Source of the DNA: an uncultured Spirochaetaceae bacterium
GTDB taxonomy: Bacteria; Spirochaetota; Spirochaetia; SZUA-6; DRHE01
DNA: 64,000 nucleotides
Reading direction: 5' to 3'
Assembly: GCA_964588525.1 (NCBI GenBank)
Contig: CAZPQC010000002.1
Location: 9,721-73,720 of the forward strand
The first letter of the stretch is position 1. Every line of letters begins with the position of its first letter. This document shows, one piece after another, positions 1-8,386 of the stretch. Below the pieces are notes generated by a model, which saw only the letters and a program-made list of their open reading frames with translations, was not told the DNA's origin and made no database searches. The position numbers and the translations under genes are program-made.

Positions 1-1
1 C

Positions 2-535
2 GCCACCGTGAAGAACTGCGGCCGGGTCGATGTCGTGGTCAATGCCGCCGGGGTTCTGGACATCAAGCCATTCCTCGAAATCTCTGAGGAGGAGTGGGAG
101 CGCACCTTCGCGGTGAACGTGAAGGGGATGTTTTTCGTCTGCCAGGAGGCGTTGAAGCGGATGATCGAGCAGAAGACGGGCTGCTTCGTCAACTTCGCCT
201 CGATCTCCGGCAAGGTCGGGGGCGTGCTGGCCGGAGCGGACTACTCGGCCTCGAAGGCGGCGGTAATCTGCCTGACCAAATCCCTGGCCAAGGTGGGAGC
301 GCCGCATGGTATTCGGGCCAATTCGGTGGCGCCGGGGGCGGTCTACTCGCCGATGCTCGATTCGTACTATCAGGATCACGCCGAGGAGATGAGGGGTTTC
401 GAGCAGAACCATCCGTTGGGACGATTCGGCAGAGCCGAGGAGGTGGCCAACACCGTGCTGTTCCTGGCTTCCGATCAGGCCTCCTATATCACCGGATCCT
501 GCCTCGATATCAACGGCGGTACACTGATGGACTAG
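2..535 (+). CDS. SDR-family oxidoreductase, C-terminal part (5' end lies off the window)
   Basis: The ORF is open to the left edge. It carries the NAAG, YSASK (YxxxK) and NSVAPG motifs typical of short-chain dehydrogenases. Confidence 0.9.
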   Translation, partial: ATVKNCGRVDVVVNAAGVLDIKPFLEISEEEWERTFAVNVKGMFFVCQEALKRMIEQKTGCFVNFASISGKVGGVLAGADYSASKAAVICLTKSLAKVGAPHGIRANSVAPGAVYSPMLDSYYQDHAEEMRGFEQNHPLGRFGRAEEVANTVLFLASDQASYITGSCLDINGGTLMD

Positions 536-615
536 CTCCGGTTGGCTGATCCAGCCGGTATAACGGTAGTGGCCAAGACGGAAGTGCAAATCCACCGGGA
601 AGAACGAGGGATCGG

Positions 616-1803
616 ATGAAGAGCAACATCTATCTGCAAGAGGCCAAGGCCAATCTCGAAGAAATCAGCCGAAATCGCCGATTCTTTCATCAGAATCCGG
701 AGCTGGGATTTCAGGAGTTCCAAACTGCAGAAAGAGTGGCAGGGTATCTGAAGAGCCTGGGACTGGAGGTAAAAACCGGGATCGCCGGAACCGGGGTCGT
801 GGGTGTTCTTCGCTGCGACACGCCGGGCAGGACGGCTGCCCTGCGAGCCGACATGGATGCCCTGCCCATGGAGGAGAAGAATACGGTGCCCTACGCGTCG
901 AAGAATCCGGGGATCATGCACGCCTGCGGACACGACGGTCATACCGCCATGCTGATGGAGACGGCTCGTTTGCTGGTCCATCACAAAGACTCGCTGCGTG
1001 GCAACGTCAAGTTTATCTTTCAACCCTGTGAAGATACGATTCCCAGCGGCGCGGAGCCGATGATCGCCGAGGGGGTCCTAAACGATCCGGATGTTGAGGC
1101 CATCTTCACGGTTCACCTGATGTCCCGCTTCCCCGAAGGGAGTATGTGGCTGAAGCAGGGATACATGACGATATCCTCGGCTGGCTTCGAGCTGACTCTG
1201 CAGGGCAGGGGGGGACACGTTGGAGCTCCCCACGATGTGATCGATCCGATCATGATGGCGGGGATGCTGATTACCGGCAGCCAGTCGATGATGAGCCGGC
1301 GTGTAGCCCCGGGGCAGACGATGATCTTCGGTTTCGGTACGATTCACGGAGGGACTGCGGACAACATCGTCCCGGATGAAGTCACCTTGACCGGAAGTAT
1401 CCGCACGTCTACTCCCGAAGACCGGGAGGCGGCCATTGGAGATTTCGAGAGAATCGTGAAGGGCGTTGTGGAATCAGTGGGGGGAAGCTACACGCTGAAG
1501 GTCGAGATCCAGAATCCGTCGGTCTACAACGATCCGGAGCTCGTTCCTCTGGTGAAAAACGCGGGAGCGGAGATCCTGGGAGAGACGAACGTTCAGGAGT
1601 TTTCCTGGATCTTCCCCGGTGGGGATGATGCCGCTTTTTTCCAGCAGAAAGTGCCCGGTGTTTACTGGTACCTGGGAACCAGGAATGAGGGAAAGGGCTT
1701 CGACAAGCCCCATCACAACCCCTATTTCGACTTCGACGAGAGCATGCTCGCTGTCGGTTCGGCTGTCCAGGCACAGACGGTTGCCGACTTCCTCAACACC
1801 TGA
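616..1803 (+). CDS. M20D-family amidohydrolase (N-acyl-amino acid or hippurate hydrolase-like)
   Basis: 395 aa with an HACGHDGH metal-binding motif. A GGA-rich Shine-Dalgarno (SD) sequence lies upstream. Confidence 0.9.
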   Translation: MKSNIYLQEAKANLEEISRNRRFFHQNPELGFQEFQTAERVAGYLKSLGLEVKTGIAGTGVVGVLRCDTPGRTAALRADMDALPMEEKNTVPYASKNPGIMHACGHDGHTAMLMETARLLVHHKDSLRGNVKFIFQPCEDTIPSGAEPMIAEGVLNDPDVEAIFTVHLMSRFPEGSMWLKQGYMTISSAGFELTLQGRGGHVGAPHDVIDPIMMAGMLITGSQSMMSRRVAPGQTMIFGFGTIHGGTADNIVPDEVTLTGSIRTSTPEDREAAIGDFERIVKGVVESVGGSYTLKVEIQNPSVYNDPELVPLVKNAGAEILGETNVQEFSWIFPGGDDAAFFQQKVPGVYWYLGTRNEGKGFDKPHHNPYFDFDESMLAVGSAVQAQTVADFLNT

Positions 1804-2128
1804 TCGTCCGGCCGGTCGGGGCTTGATGAGTACTGACACCGGTCCCGGGATAGTGGCAGTAGGCGCACTTGCCGCCTCTGGAACCCGGGGATACCCCGTC
1901 GCCTAGGATGCGGGTGATGGTGTTACTATACAAATCATCATCATTCGCACCCTGAAGGATCCACTGGCGCAGATTTTCCAGCTCCCGATCCGTGAGAGGA
2001 TCGATATTCCAGGGCATTGGATCGCCGTCGATTTTCGGCTCCAGCTCCGCCTGTTCCACCTTCCAGATAAGGGCACTGCCGTTCGGATCCCCGGGAACCA
2101 CCACAATCGGCCTGGAGGCTTCGACCAC
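1793..2128 (-). CDS. Cytochrome-c-like domain remnant (PSCyt1-like segment plus CAYCH). It has no signal peptide of its own and is in frame with the upstream gene across one TAG.
   Basis: It contains VVPGDPNGS...MPW...LRQWILQGA followed by a CxxCH motif. It starts at GTG with no SD. My manual translation of 2129-2233 is open and in the same frame as 2234..3031. Confidence 0.35.
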   Translation of the reverse strand: MVEASRPIVVVPGDPNGSALIWKVEQAELEPKIDGDPMPWNIDPLTDRELENLRQWILQGANDDDLYSNTITRILGDGVSPGSRGGKCAYCHYPGTGVSTHQAPTGRTIRC

Positions 2129-2233
2129 CTCAGGCGCTGCGGTTTCTGAACTTGCTTCTCCCGCGATCGCTTCCTCGGCGGTTTTTTCGCCCCCCCGTTT
2201 GTGCAGGCTTGCCGCTGCAGCTGAAGCCTGAGA

Positions 2234-3031
2234 CTATTCCCCGTCAAATATGTCGTCGTCCAGTCCAACATTCAGCCGGTAATTCGAATAGCGGTCCTCG
2301 ATGCTCAATGTTCGGTCGGCCAGGGTTACGAGGAAGCTCACCCGCACTCGCATATCCATGCTGAACACGGAGGGTAGCCGGAAGCCGTCTACCTGCGCAA
2401 AGCGGATGCTCATGGCGAACTCCTCCAAAATGCGGGGAAGCGCGGCCGGAGCCATCTCCACATATACGGGTTGATAGTCCTTTTGGGATATGTAGGCGCT
2501 GCCGGCGAAGAGGTTCTCCCCAGCCTGTTTCGGCGTGAAGCCCATGACCCACACAGCCTGATCCTCGAACAGCTTCGGCCCCTTCAGTTCGAAATCGTAG
2601 AGGGGCGCTGCTTCGGCGCTGAAGGGACTTTGAAACTCCCCGTTGCCTTCCCGACGGCCGCCCCGCTGCTGCCTGGCAAGCTCCCGCTCCATCTCTTTTT
2701 GGTTGAGCTTTCGCCCGTCGATGGTCATGGACAAATACTCATTTTGCAGCTGATCCGGCTCGCGTACGTAGATCCTTCGGACGGACAGGGTTTCGCTCTT
2801 GACAGCCCCGCGGGAGGCATCTTCCCATTCGATCACCTGCGCCTCAGCTGTGTAGACCATATCCCGGATCGCCGACTCCCGGGCCGCCTCGGCCTGCTGT
2901 ACCTCCCAGAGAATGGTTTCGACTGTCGGGTTGCCCGTGTGACCGACCTGGGCAAGGAGAAGAAGCGTTATCGACGAGACGCCGCGAAGAAAGTGTTTCA
3001 TTATCCCGAAGTACAATTTAGCTCTCTCCAA
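2234..3031 (-). CDS. Secreted hypothetical protein, LolA/RseB-like (outer-membrane lipoprotein-sorting-like fold suspected)
   Basis: 265 aa with an N-terminal signal peptide (MKHFLRGVSSITLLLLAQV). An alternative ATG at 3001 is possible. The gene directly abuts the MttB stop codon. Confidence 0.7.
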   Translation of the reverse strand: MERAKLYFGIMKHFLRGVSSITLLLLAQVGHTGNPTVETILWEVQQAEAARESAIRDMVYTAEAQVIEWEDASRGAVKSETLSVRRIYVREPDQLQNEYLSMTIDGRKLNQKEMERELARQQRGGRREGNGEFQSPFSAEAAPLYDFELKGPKLFEDQAVWVMGFTPKQAGENLFAGSAYISQKDYQPVYVEMAPAALPRILEEFAMSIRFAQVDGFRLPSVFSMDMRVRVSFLVTLADRTLSIEDRYSNYRLNVGLDDDIFDGE

Positions 3032-4462
3032 CTATCCTTTGGCGATTCTGTAGATCTCCTCGGTAACCTTTTCCTCCAGGGCAGGCGGCGTGTGTTCCTC
3101 CAGGATCCGCGCCGCCCGCTCATGAGCCCGGTCGGACAGGCTCTTGCTTCCCCTTTTGACCCAACCGTCGTGGTTGTTGTGATCCATCAGCCGAGCAAAC
3201 CAGAACTCCTCGCGAAAGTGCTTGAGGGTGTGATCGTGGGTCAGGTAGTTGCCCGCCGGGCCGACCTCTTCGATGACCTCCAGGGCCAGGTGCTCGGGGC
3301 TGATATCGACTCCGCGGCCGAAGCGTTTGACGAAGCTCACCACCTCGTCACAGATGACCAGGCTCTCCAGGGATCCGGTCATCCCCATCTCCAGGTAGCC
3401 CATGTCGTGGATCAGATTGTTGCCGATCAGGTACTCGTTGAAAATCGTCATCCCGATCTCAACACCCGCCTGCTGATCCAGGATCTTGGCGTCTCCGGCA
3501 CCGGCCTTGGCGAAGGTGGGAATCCCATAGTAGAGGGCCATCTCCTTGTTCATGATCGAGGCCAGCAGAACCTCGGGCGTCATGTAGGGGGGGACAAGAG
3601 TCTGCATGTCCAGGAACACCACCGACGTGTCCACGATCAGGGGCGCCCCCGGTGATTTCAGCTGATGGATCACCAGCCCGCTCAGCATGCGGGCGTTTCC
3701 CTGGACGAAGCTCCCAGCCAGGGTCGCCGGAGCGGTGGAACCGCCGATATCCACGGAATGGTATTCCACGGGAATCTGTTTCTCGGCGCAGAACAGCACC
3801 CTCTGGAGGGAATCTTTGGGATGGATGAACGGGGCGATGGCCATGGCATAGTGGATCAGAAAGGGTCTGCGCTGCAGTTTGTCCGTGCCTTCCGCCGTAA
3901 TCACAGCCATCTCATAGATGTCCTGCAGGCCTTCCAGGCTCCAGGCGGTGAACATGATCGGTTTGCCGGAGTTCTCCATCATGGCGGCGAAGTGGTAGCG
4001 ATCGCTGCGCTCTACCGGGCAGTCGCCGGCCGAGCCCAGGCTCATGATGAAGTCCACGTTTTCCAGCCCGTCGGCCAGCCGGGCGGCGCGTTTAACATCC
4101 TCCAGCACGGCGGGACGCCGTTTGCCGGTCTGGAAGTCGATGACGTTCGGCGTGTCCGAGCCGGTCCCGAAATGGGCCTTCCGCTCTTCCAGGGACATGG
4201 CCGGCGTCCCCGTTCGATCGTAGATTTCGATATTCTGCGGTACGGTTCCGAGTGCCCGGCGCACCACCCGCTCGGGGATGAACACCCGCTGATCCTCCAC
4301 GCTGCAGCCCGCCTCTTCTAGCAGTCCCAGGGCCTGCTCCTCGTGCACGATGACCCCGTTTCGCTGCAGAAGACGGAGGCTGGAGCGGTGGATCTCCTCC
4401 TTCTGGGCCTCTTCCAGGAGTGTCACCCGCGGCTGCGCACGGACAAAAAAATCGTTCTTCAT
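3032..4462 (-). CDS. Trimethylamine methyltransferase (MttB) superfamily protein, non-pyrrolysine type
   Basis: 476 aa and full length, with no in-frame TAG. It has MttB-like N-terminal and core regions. A GGAAGGAG SD lies upstream. Confidence 0.9.
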   Translation of the reverse strand: MKNDFFVRAQPRVTLLEEAQKEEIHRSSLRLLQRNGVIVHEEQALGLLEEAGCSVEDQRVFIPERVVRRALGTVPQNIEIYDRTGTPAMSLEERKAHFGTGSDTPNVIDFQTGKRRPAVLEDVKRAARLADGLENVDFIMSLGSAGDCPVERSDRYHFAAMMENSGKPIMFTAWSLEGLQDIYEMAVITAEGTDKLQRRPFLIHYAMAIAPFIHPKDSLQRVLFCAEKQIPVEYHSVDIGGSTAPATLAGSFVQGNARMLSGLVIHQLKSPGAPLIVDTSVVFLDMQTLVPPYMTPEVLLASIMNKEMALYYGIPTFAKAGAGDAKILDQQAGVEIGMTIFNEYLIGNNLIHDMGYLEMGMTGSLESLVICDEVVSFVKRFGRGVDISPEHLALEVIEEVGPAGNYLTHDHTLKHFREEFWFARLMDHNNHDGWVKRGSKSLSDRAHERAARILEEHTPPALEEKVTEEIYRIAKG

Positions 4463-4520
4463 CTCGATCTCCTTCCGGGGTGAACGGGGTTTTGGATCGC
4501 GCCGGTGTGGATGGGCATTC

Positions 4521-6224
4521 TCAGGGTTTGTGCTTCTGAAACCGCAGCCGACCGTTCTCCAGCTTCTGGCCGAGGAAACAGAACCAGTTGGCGTCGTCCT
4601 GCTGCGGATAATCCCTGCGCTGAAAGATCTTGCCCCGGCTTTCCCTGCGCTCGATCGTGGAGCGGAGGATGATCTTGCCGCATTCGATCAAGTTGCGCAT
4701 CTCCAGACAGTGGGTCAGCTCATGGGAGTTGGCCGCGGTTAAACGCATGGTGTTTTCCAGGTATTCGAGGCACTCCAGCCCGCGCCGGGCCATGGTCTCC
4801 GAACGGAGATGAATATTGTAATCGCTCATGTGGTTGTGGATCGTCGCTTGCGCGTCCTCCCAGGGATCCCCGCCCGAACGATTCAGGATTTCATTGCAGA
4901 AGGCGACCAGTTCTTCCTCTCCCTTGCCGTCGGCCGCCGCCCCGGCTCCGGCAGCCCTTTTGGCCGCCGACTCCGCAGCCAGATACCCCATTGTGAAGGC
5001 TCCGGGGGCCACGCTCCCGGGAATACCGCCCGCCTCGTCTCCGGCCGCGTACAGACCAGGCAGGGTGGTCTCACATGTTTCGTCGACCATCGGCCCGCCC
5101 GCTGCGGCTGCGGAGTGTTCCGGTTCGATGGGCCACAGCTCGATCTTGTGCTTGCGGAAATCCAGAGCGTAGCGTTCCATGATATGGAGGAAGCCCGGCC
5201 CCAGGCCCTCGTTCTCGACGGCCCAGAGCATGTAGCGCTGGTCCTCCTCGCTGCCCCAGGACATGTCGGCGTAGATCGGTCCCCGCCCCGCCTCCAGCTC
5301 GCCCTGGAAGCTCTTGCCCGTGGCAAAGGTCTTGGCCGTGCCGTACACGGTCTTGCTGCCCACGTCGTGGTTGCGCCGGCGGATCACCTCGCCCAGGGCA
5401 TTCACTCCGACTCCGGGGGGCTGATAGGAGCCGGTGGGCAGTCCGCCTCCCCGGATGAGGTTCCTCGAGGACCAGCGGCCGGGAACGGAGAGGAACTCCA
5501 TGTTGATCAGCTCGACCCCGGCCCGGAACATGGCCGCCTTGCCGTCTCCGGTCAGGGCCGGAGGCATGCGGATGGCGAAGGTAAGGCCGGGGAAGGGCTT
5601 GTACAGGCGGTTGACCCTTCCGGTGGTCATGATCACCGCCTTGGCCAGGATCCGATGGATCTTCCCGTCCCGGGTTCCGTAGCCCACGGCTCCGGCGATC
5701 TCTCCGTTTTCCGTGAGCAGTTCCGTGACCATCACCCTGTCGAGAATGCGGGCCCCCGCCTTGCGCACGGCCCTGGTCAGGATGCGCTTGATATCCCGGC
5801 CCTCGAAATGGAGGGTGTTGCGGCAGGCGTGCATCTGGTACTGAAGACGCAGCTTGCCCGGCAGGGTGGAGTCGTCGAAACGGATCCTGGCTCCGAAGCG
5901 CTCCAGGTCCAGAATCCGGTCGTAGCTGGTGGCGGCGATGTAGTGCAGCATCCGCCTGTTCACCAGGCCCTGGGCCACGTTCTCGACATGATCCTCGACC
6001 ATCTGCTCCAGGCTCATCCCTTCCTGTTCCTGGACCTGGGGGAAGTAGCCCCAAATGTGGTCCAGCCCGGTGCCGGCGCATCCGGAGCGCTCCGGGTTGG
6101 ATTTGTCCACCAAAATTACGTTGTCGTTCAGCTCCGCGGCCCGGATTGCGGCCATGCATCCGGCCAGCCCTCCGCCCGCCACGCAGATGTCGCAGCTGTG
6201 CTCTTGAATCTCTACGTTTTTCAT
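4521..6224 (-). CDS. FAD-dependent oxidoreductase, AprA / fumarate-reductase flavoprotein-like
   Basis: 567 aa. An N-terminal VAGGGLAGCMAA dinucleotide fold and a C-terminal GLYAAGDEAGG motif are present. Confidence 0.85.
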   Translation of the reverse strand: MKNVEIQEHSCDICVAGGGLAGCMAAIRAAELNDNVILVDKSNPERSGCAGTGLDHIWGYFPQVQEQEGMSLEQMVEDHVENVAQGLVNRRMLHYIAATSYDRILDLERFGARIRFDDSTLPGKLRLQYQMHACRNTLHFEGRDIKRILTRAVRKAGARILDRVMVTELLTENGEIAGAVGYGTRDGKIHRILAKAVIMTTGRVNRLYKPFPGLTFAIRMPPALTGDGKAAMFRAGVELINMEFLSVPGRWSSRNLIRGGGLPTGSYQPPGVGVNALGEVIRRRNHDVGSKTVYGTAKTFATGKSFQGELEAGRGPIYADMSWGSEEDQRYMLWAVENEGLGPGFLHIMERYALDFRKHKIELWPIEPEHSAAAAGGPMVDETCETTLPGLYAAGDEAGGIPGSVAPGAFTMGYLAAESAAKRAAGAGAAADGKGEEELVAFCNEILNRSGGDPWEDAQATIHNHMSDYNIHLRSETMARRGLECLEYLENTMRLTAANSHELTHCLEMRNLIECGKIILRSTIERRESRGKIFQRRDYPQQDDANWFCFLGQKLENGRLRFQKHKP

Positions 6225-6577
6225 AGCCCGTCCTCCGCCTGGCCGGAGTTGTTGCCACTGCCTGTGCCGTCTTTGCTGGAGTTCCGTTCGATAGAGCGGG
6301 AAAAATCAGCAGCCCGCTTGAGCGCTTCACTGTCCTCCGGACCCGGAGGACCGTACAGAGCCGGGGAGGGCACGATGTGAAGCGGCAGGGGAAGGTTGAG
6401 GGAAACAGCCCCGCGGGGACAGTCGACCACGCAGGCACCGCAGTACCAGCACTCCTGCGGGTAGGCGATTGCGGGAACCTGTTTTTGCTTTTTATCGAAG
6501 ATAAATACATCCTGAGGGCAGATGTTGTAGCATATGCCGCAGTAATTGCACAGGTCCTTGTCGATCACCGGGGGCAT
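6221..6577 (-). CDS. 4Fe-4S dicluster ferredoxin, AprB-like
   Basis: Two cluster motifs are present: CNYCGICYNICP and CWYCGACVVDCP. The gene overlaps the downstream flavoprotein gene by 4 nt. Confidence 0.85.
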   Translation of the reverse strand: MPPVIDKDLCNYCGICYNICPQDVFIFDKKQKQVPAIAYPQECWYCGACVVDCPRGAVSLNLPLPLHIVPSPALYGPPGPEDSEALKRAADFSRSIERNSSKDGTGSGNNSGQAEDGL

Positions 6578-6578
6578 T

Positions 6579-7658
6579 TCAACTCTCCTTGATCTTCGAG
6601 ATGCCGGGAATCAAGGTCTGGGTGCTCAACACGCCGGGAATGTGGCGGATATTCTGCTGGACGTAGCGGCTGATCACCTCCGCGTCCGAAGACACCAGAT
6701 CCCGGGTGAGGACGAGTTTGGCGATGACGTCGATGCTGCCGTGAACCGAATGCACCTCCTTCACCTCGTCCAGGACGAATATCCGGTCGAGGATCTGAGA
6801 CTCCTTCTTGGCGGTGATATTGATCAGCACGAACACGGTGATCTCCCGGAGCATCTCCGGGTAGTCTTTCTCTTTGGTGTTTTTCATGTTTTGACGAAAC
6901 TCCTCCATGCTGCGGGTAATGCTCCTGTCGATCAGGGAGCCGAAGGATCGGGGATGGCTGCGTTCCCACTGGTGTACCGATATATAGGCGTAAAGATCCG
7001 AGGCGGTACGTCCCGGAAAAGAATCCAACAATCCCGCTTTTTCCACTATTGCAGCCAGCGGACGATAGATGGTGTTATACCAGTCCTCAGCCGCCTCTTT
7101 CAAGGGCACCCCGGATCCGGCCTGCCCCGACAGAAACTGCCGGTGTTGCGTGATCTGCCTCAGGAGGTTGCGGTACTGGCCCGGCTCGGTCAGGTCGATG
7201 GATTTCCGCAATCCCGTCTTATCCTGAAACTCGGTCTTGTCCCGGTAGAGGATGTTCTCCGCCGTTCCCCTGGAGGGAAGGAACTCCATGACCCGGGCGT
7301 TGATCTCTTTGAATCCCCGCTCCTTGGCCACACTGATGCGGTGATTCCCGTCCAGAACGAAGTAGCCGTCCTTGATCTTGAACAGATCCACCGGCGGCAG
7401 GGGCTTGCCCCGTTCCATGAGGGCACGGATGGTGTGCAGACGCTCGTGGGGCCTGTCCTTCTTCAGGCGAAAGCGGCTGTCGAAATCGAGGTAGCGGTTC
7501 ACGCTCCCCACGATTTGGGAGAGCTTCACGGTCTGCTGGCCCCGGTCCCTGTACTCGTACGCCCCCTCTCTCTGCTGTTCATCCCGGAAGCGTTTGATCG
7601 CCGCCGACTCGGCTGCTGATGTTGTATGCCTGTTTTTACGGGCGTAGCTGCTACCCAT
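6579..7658 (-). CDS. ParB/Srx-like N-terminal domain fused to a C-terminal Lrp/AsnC-type ligand-binding domain
   Basis: The DGYFVLDGNHRISVAKERG (DGNHR) motif marks the ParB/Srx part. The C-terminal ~80 aa resemble an AsnC/RAM domain. Only 1 nt separates it from the ferredoxin start. Confidence 0.75.
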   Translation of the reverse strand: MGSSYARKNRHTTSAAESAAIKRFRDEQQREGAYEYRDRGQQTVKLSQIVGSVNRYLDFDSRFRLKKDRPHERLHTIRALMERGKPLPPVDLFKIKDGYFVLDGNHRISVAKERGFKEINARVMEFLPSRGTAENILYRDKTEFQDKTGLRKSIDLTEPGQYRNLLRQITQHRQFLSGQAGSGVPLKEAAEDWYNTIYRPLAAIVEKAGLLDSFPGRTASDLYAYISVHQWERSHPRSFGSLIDRSITRSMEEFRQNMKNTKEKDYPEMLREITVFVLINITAKKESQILDRIFVLDEVKEVHSVHGSIDVIAKLVLTRDLVSSDAEVISRYVQQNIRHIPGVLSTQTLIPGISKIKES

Positions 7659-8250
7659 TGTCGTACTCGAAGAGATAGTATCCCGAGCAGTTGATTACCC
7701 GGGTTTGCCCGATCCGGGTGATTCGCTGCGCGGGGTCGTCGAAGCGGCGATGGATGTGGCCGTGGAGGAAGTATTTGGGCTGATAGCGGTCGATCAGGCG
7801 CCTGTAAACCTGAAATCCCCGATGGCAGGGATCCTCAGAATCGTGAATGTGCCGGGGAGGAGCGTGGGCAACGATCATGTCGAGACGGCCGTATCTGCGC
7901 AGCCGTGGCCGCAGGAAGCGGAGCGTCTGCCGCATCTGTGCCTCCGTGTACTGCAGAGGTCTGCCATTGTACCAGTGGGAACCCTCCAGGCCGAGGATCG
8001 TGCGTTCCCCAACGGACACCACCTGGGCGTGGATGTTGAAACAATTCTTCGGAGGGCTCGCTTCGTAGCGAATATCATGGTTGCCCCTGATGTAGTACAG
8101 AGGAGCGCCGAAGGCCTTGCTGAGAGCCGAGAGGTAATCAGGGGGAAGGTCTCCGCAGGAAACGATAAACCGAACCTCCGAAAAGATGCTGCCCTTTAAC
8201 AGATCGCTGGAAAGAGGCTCGATAAAATCGGATACGGCAAGTATCTTCAT
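7651..8250 (-). CDS. Calcineurin-like metallophosphoesterase (YfcE-like)
   Basis: Motifs ILAVSD, GDL, RGNHD and GHIH are present. I chose the ATG at 8250 (MKILAVSD) over the longer ORF start at 8328. The gene overlaps the next gene by 8 nt. Confidence 0.85.
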   Translation of the reverse strand: MKILAVSDFIEPLSSDLLKGSIFSEVRFIVSCGDLPPDYLSALSKAFGAPLYYIRGNHDIRYEASPPKNCFNIHAQVVSVGERTILGLEGSHWYNGRPLQYTEAQMRQTLRFLRPRLRRYGRLDMIVAHAPPRHIHDSEDPCHRGFQVYRRLIDRYQPKYFLHGHIHRRFDDPAQRITRIGQTRVINCSGYYLFEYDNG

Positions 8251-8314
8251 GAAAGCTTCAGAACAATATATCAAATAATGAGAAATTGGGTTAGCAATTT
8301 GGTAAACAATAAAA

Positions 8315-8344
8315 TTGACACCTGACACCGCGCGCGGTTATAAT
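8315..8344 (+). promoter_or_regulatory. Near-consensus sigma70-type promoter for the ABC/MttB operon
   Basis: TTGACA (8315-8320), an 18-nt spacer, then TATAAT (8339-8344). An AGGAGG SD at about 8375 precedes the ATG at 8387. Confidence 0.5.
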
Positions 8345-8386
8345 GCAATTTCATACAGAAATCGTAATAAAATAGGAGGTTATAGG

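Noticed and set aside
2471-3655. Long ORFs antisense to or overlapping well-supported genes. Examples: 2471..3655+, 4809..6380+, 5071..6510-, 10161..11270-, 13062..14537-, 22243..23634-, 25942..27885-, 31305..32261-, 36396..37442+, 38089..39084+, 41345..42463+, 53642..54814-.
   Set aside because: Their translations are Arg/Gly/Pro/Ala-rich and low in complexity, with no recognisable motifs. Each lies opposite a gene with clear family signatures. This is the typical shadow-ORF artefact of high-GC DNA.
3032-4462. Pyrrolysine (in-frame UAG) in the two MttB genes.
   Set aside because: Both ORFs are full length (476 and ~489 aa) with no internal TAG, and no pyl genes are visible. They are non-Pyl superfamily members.
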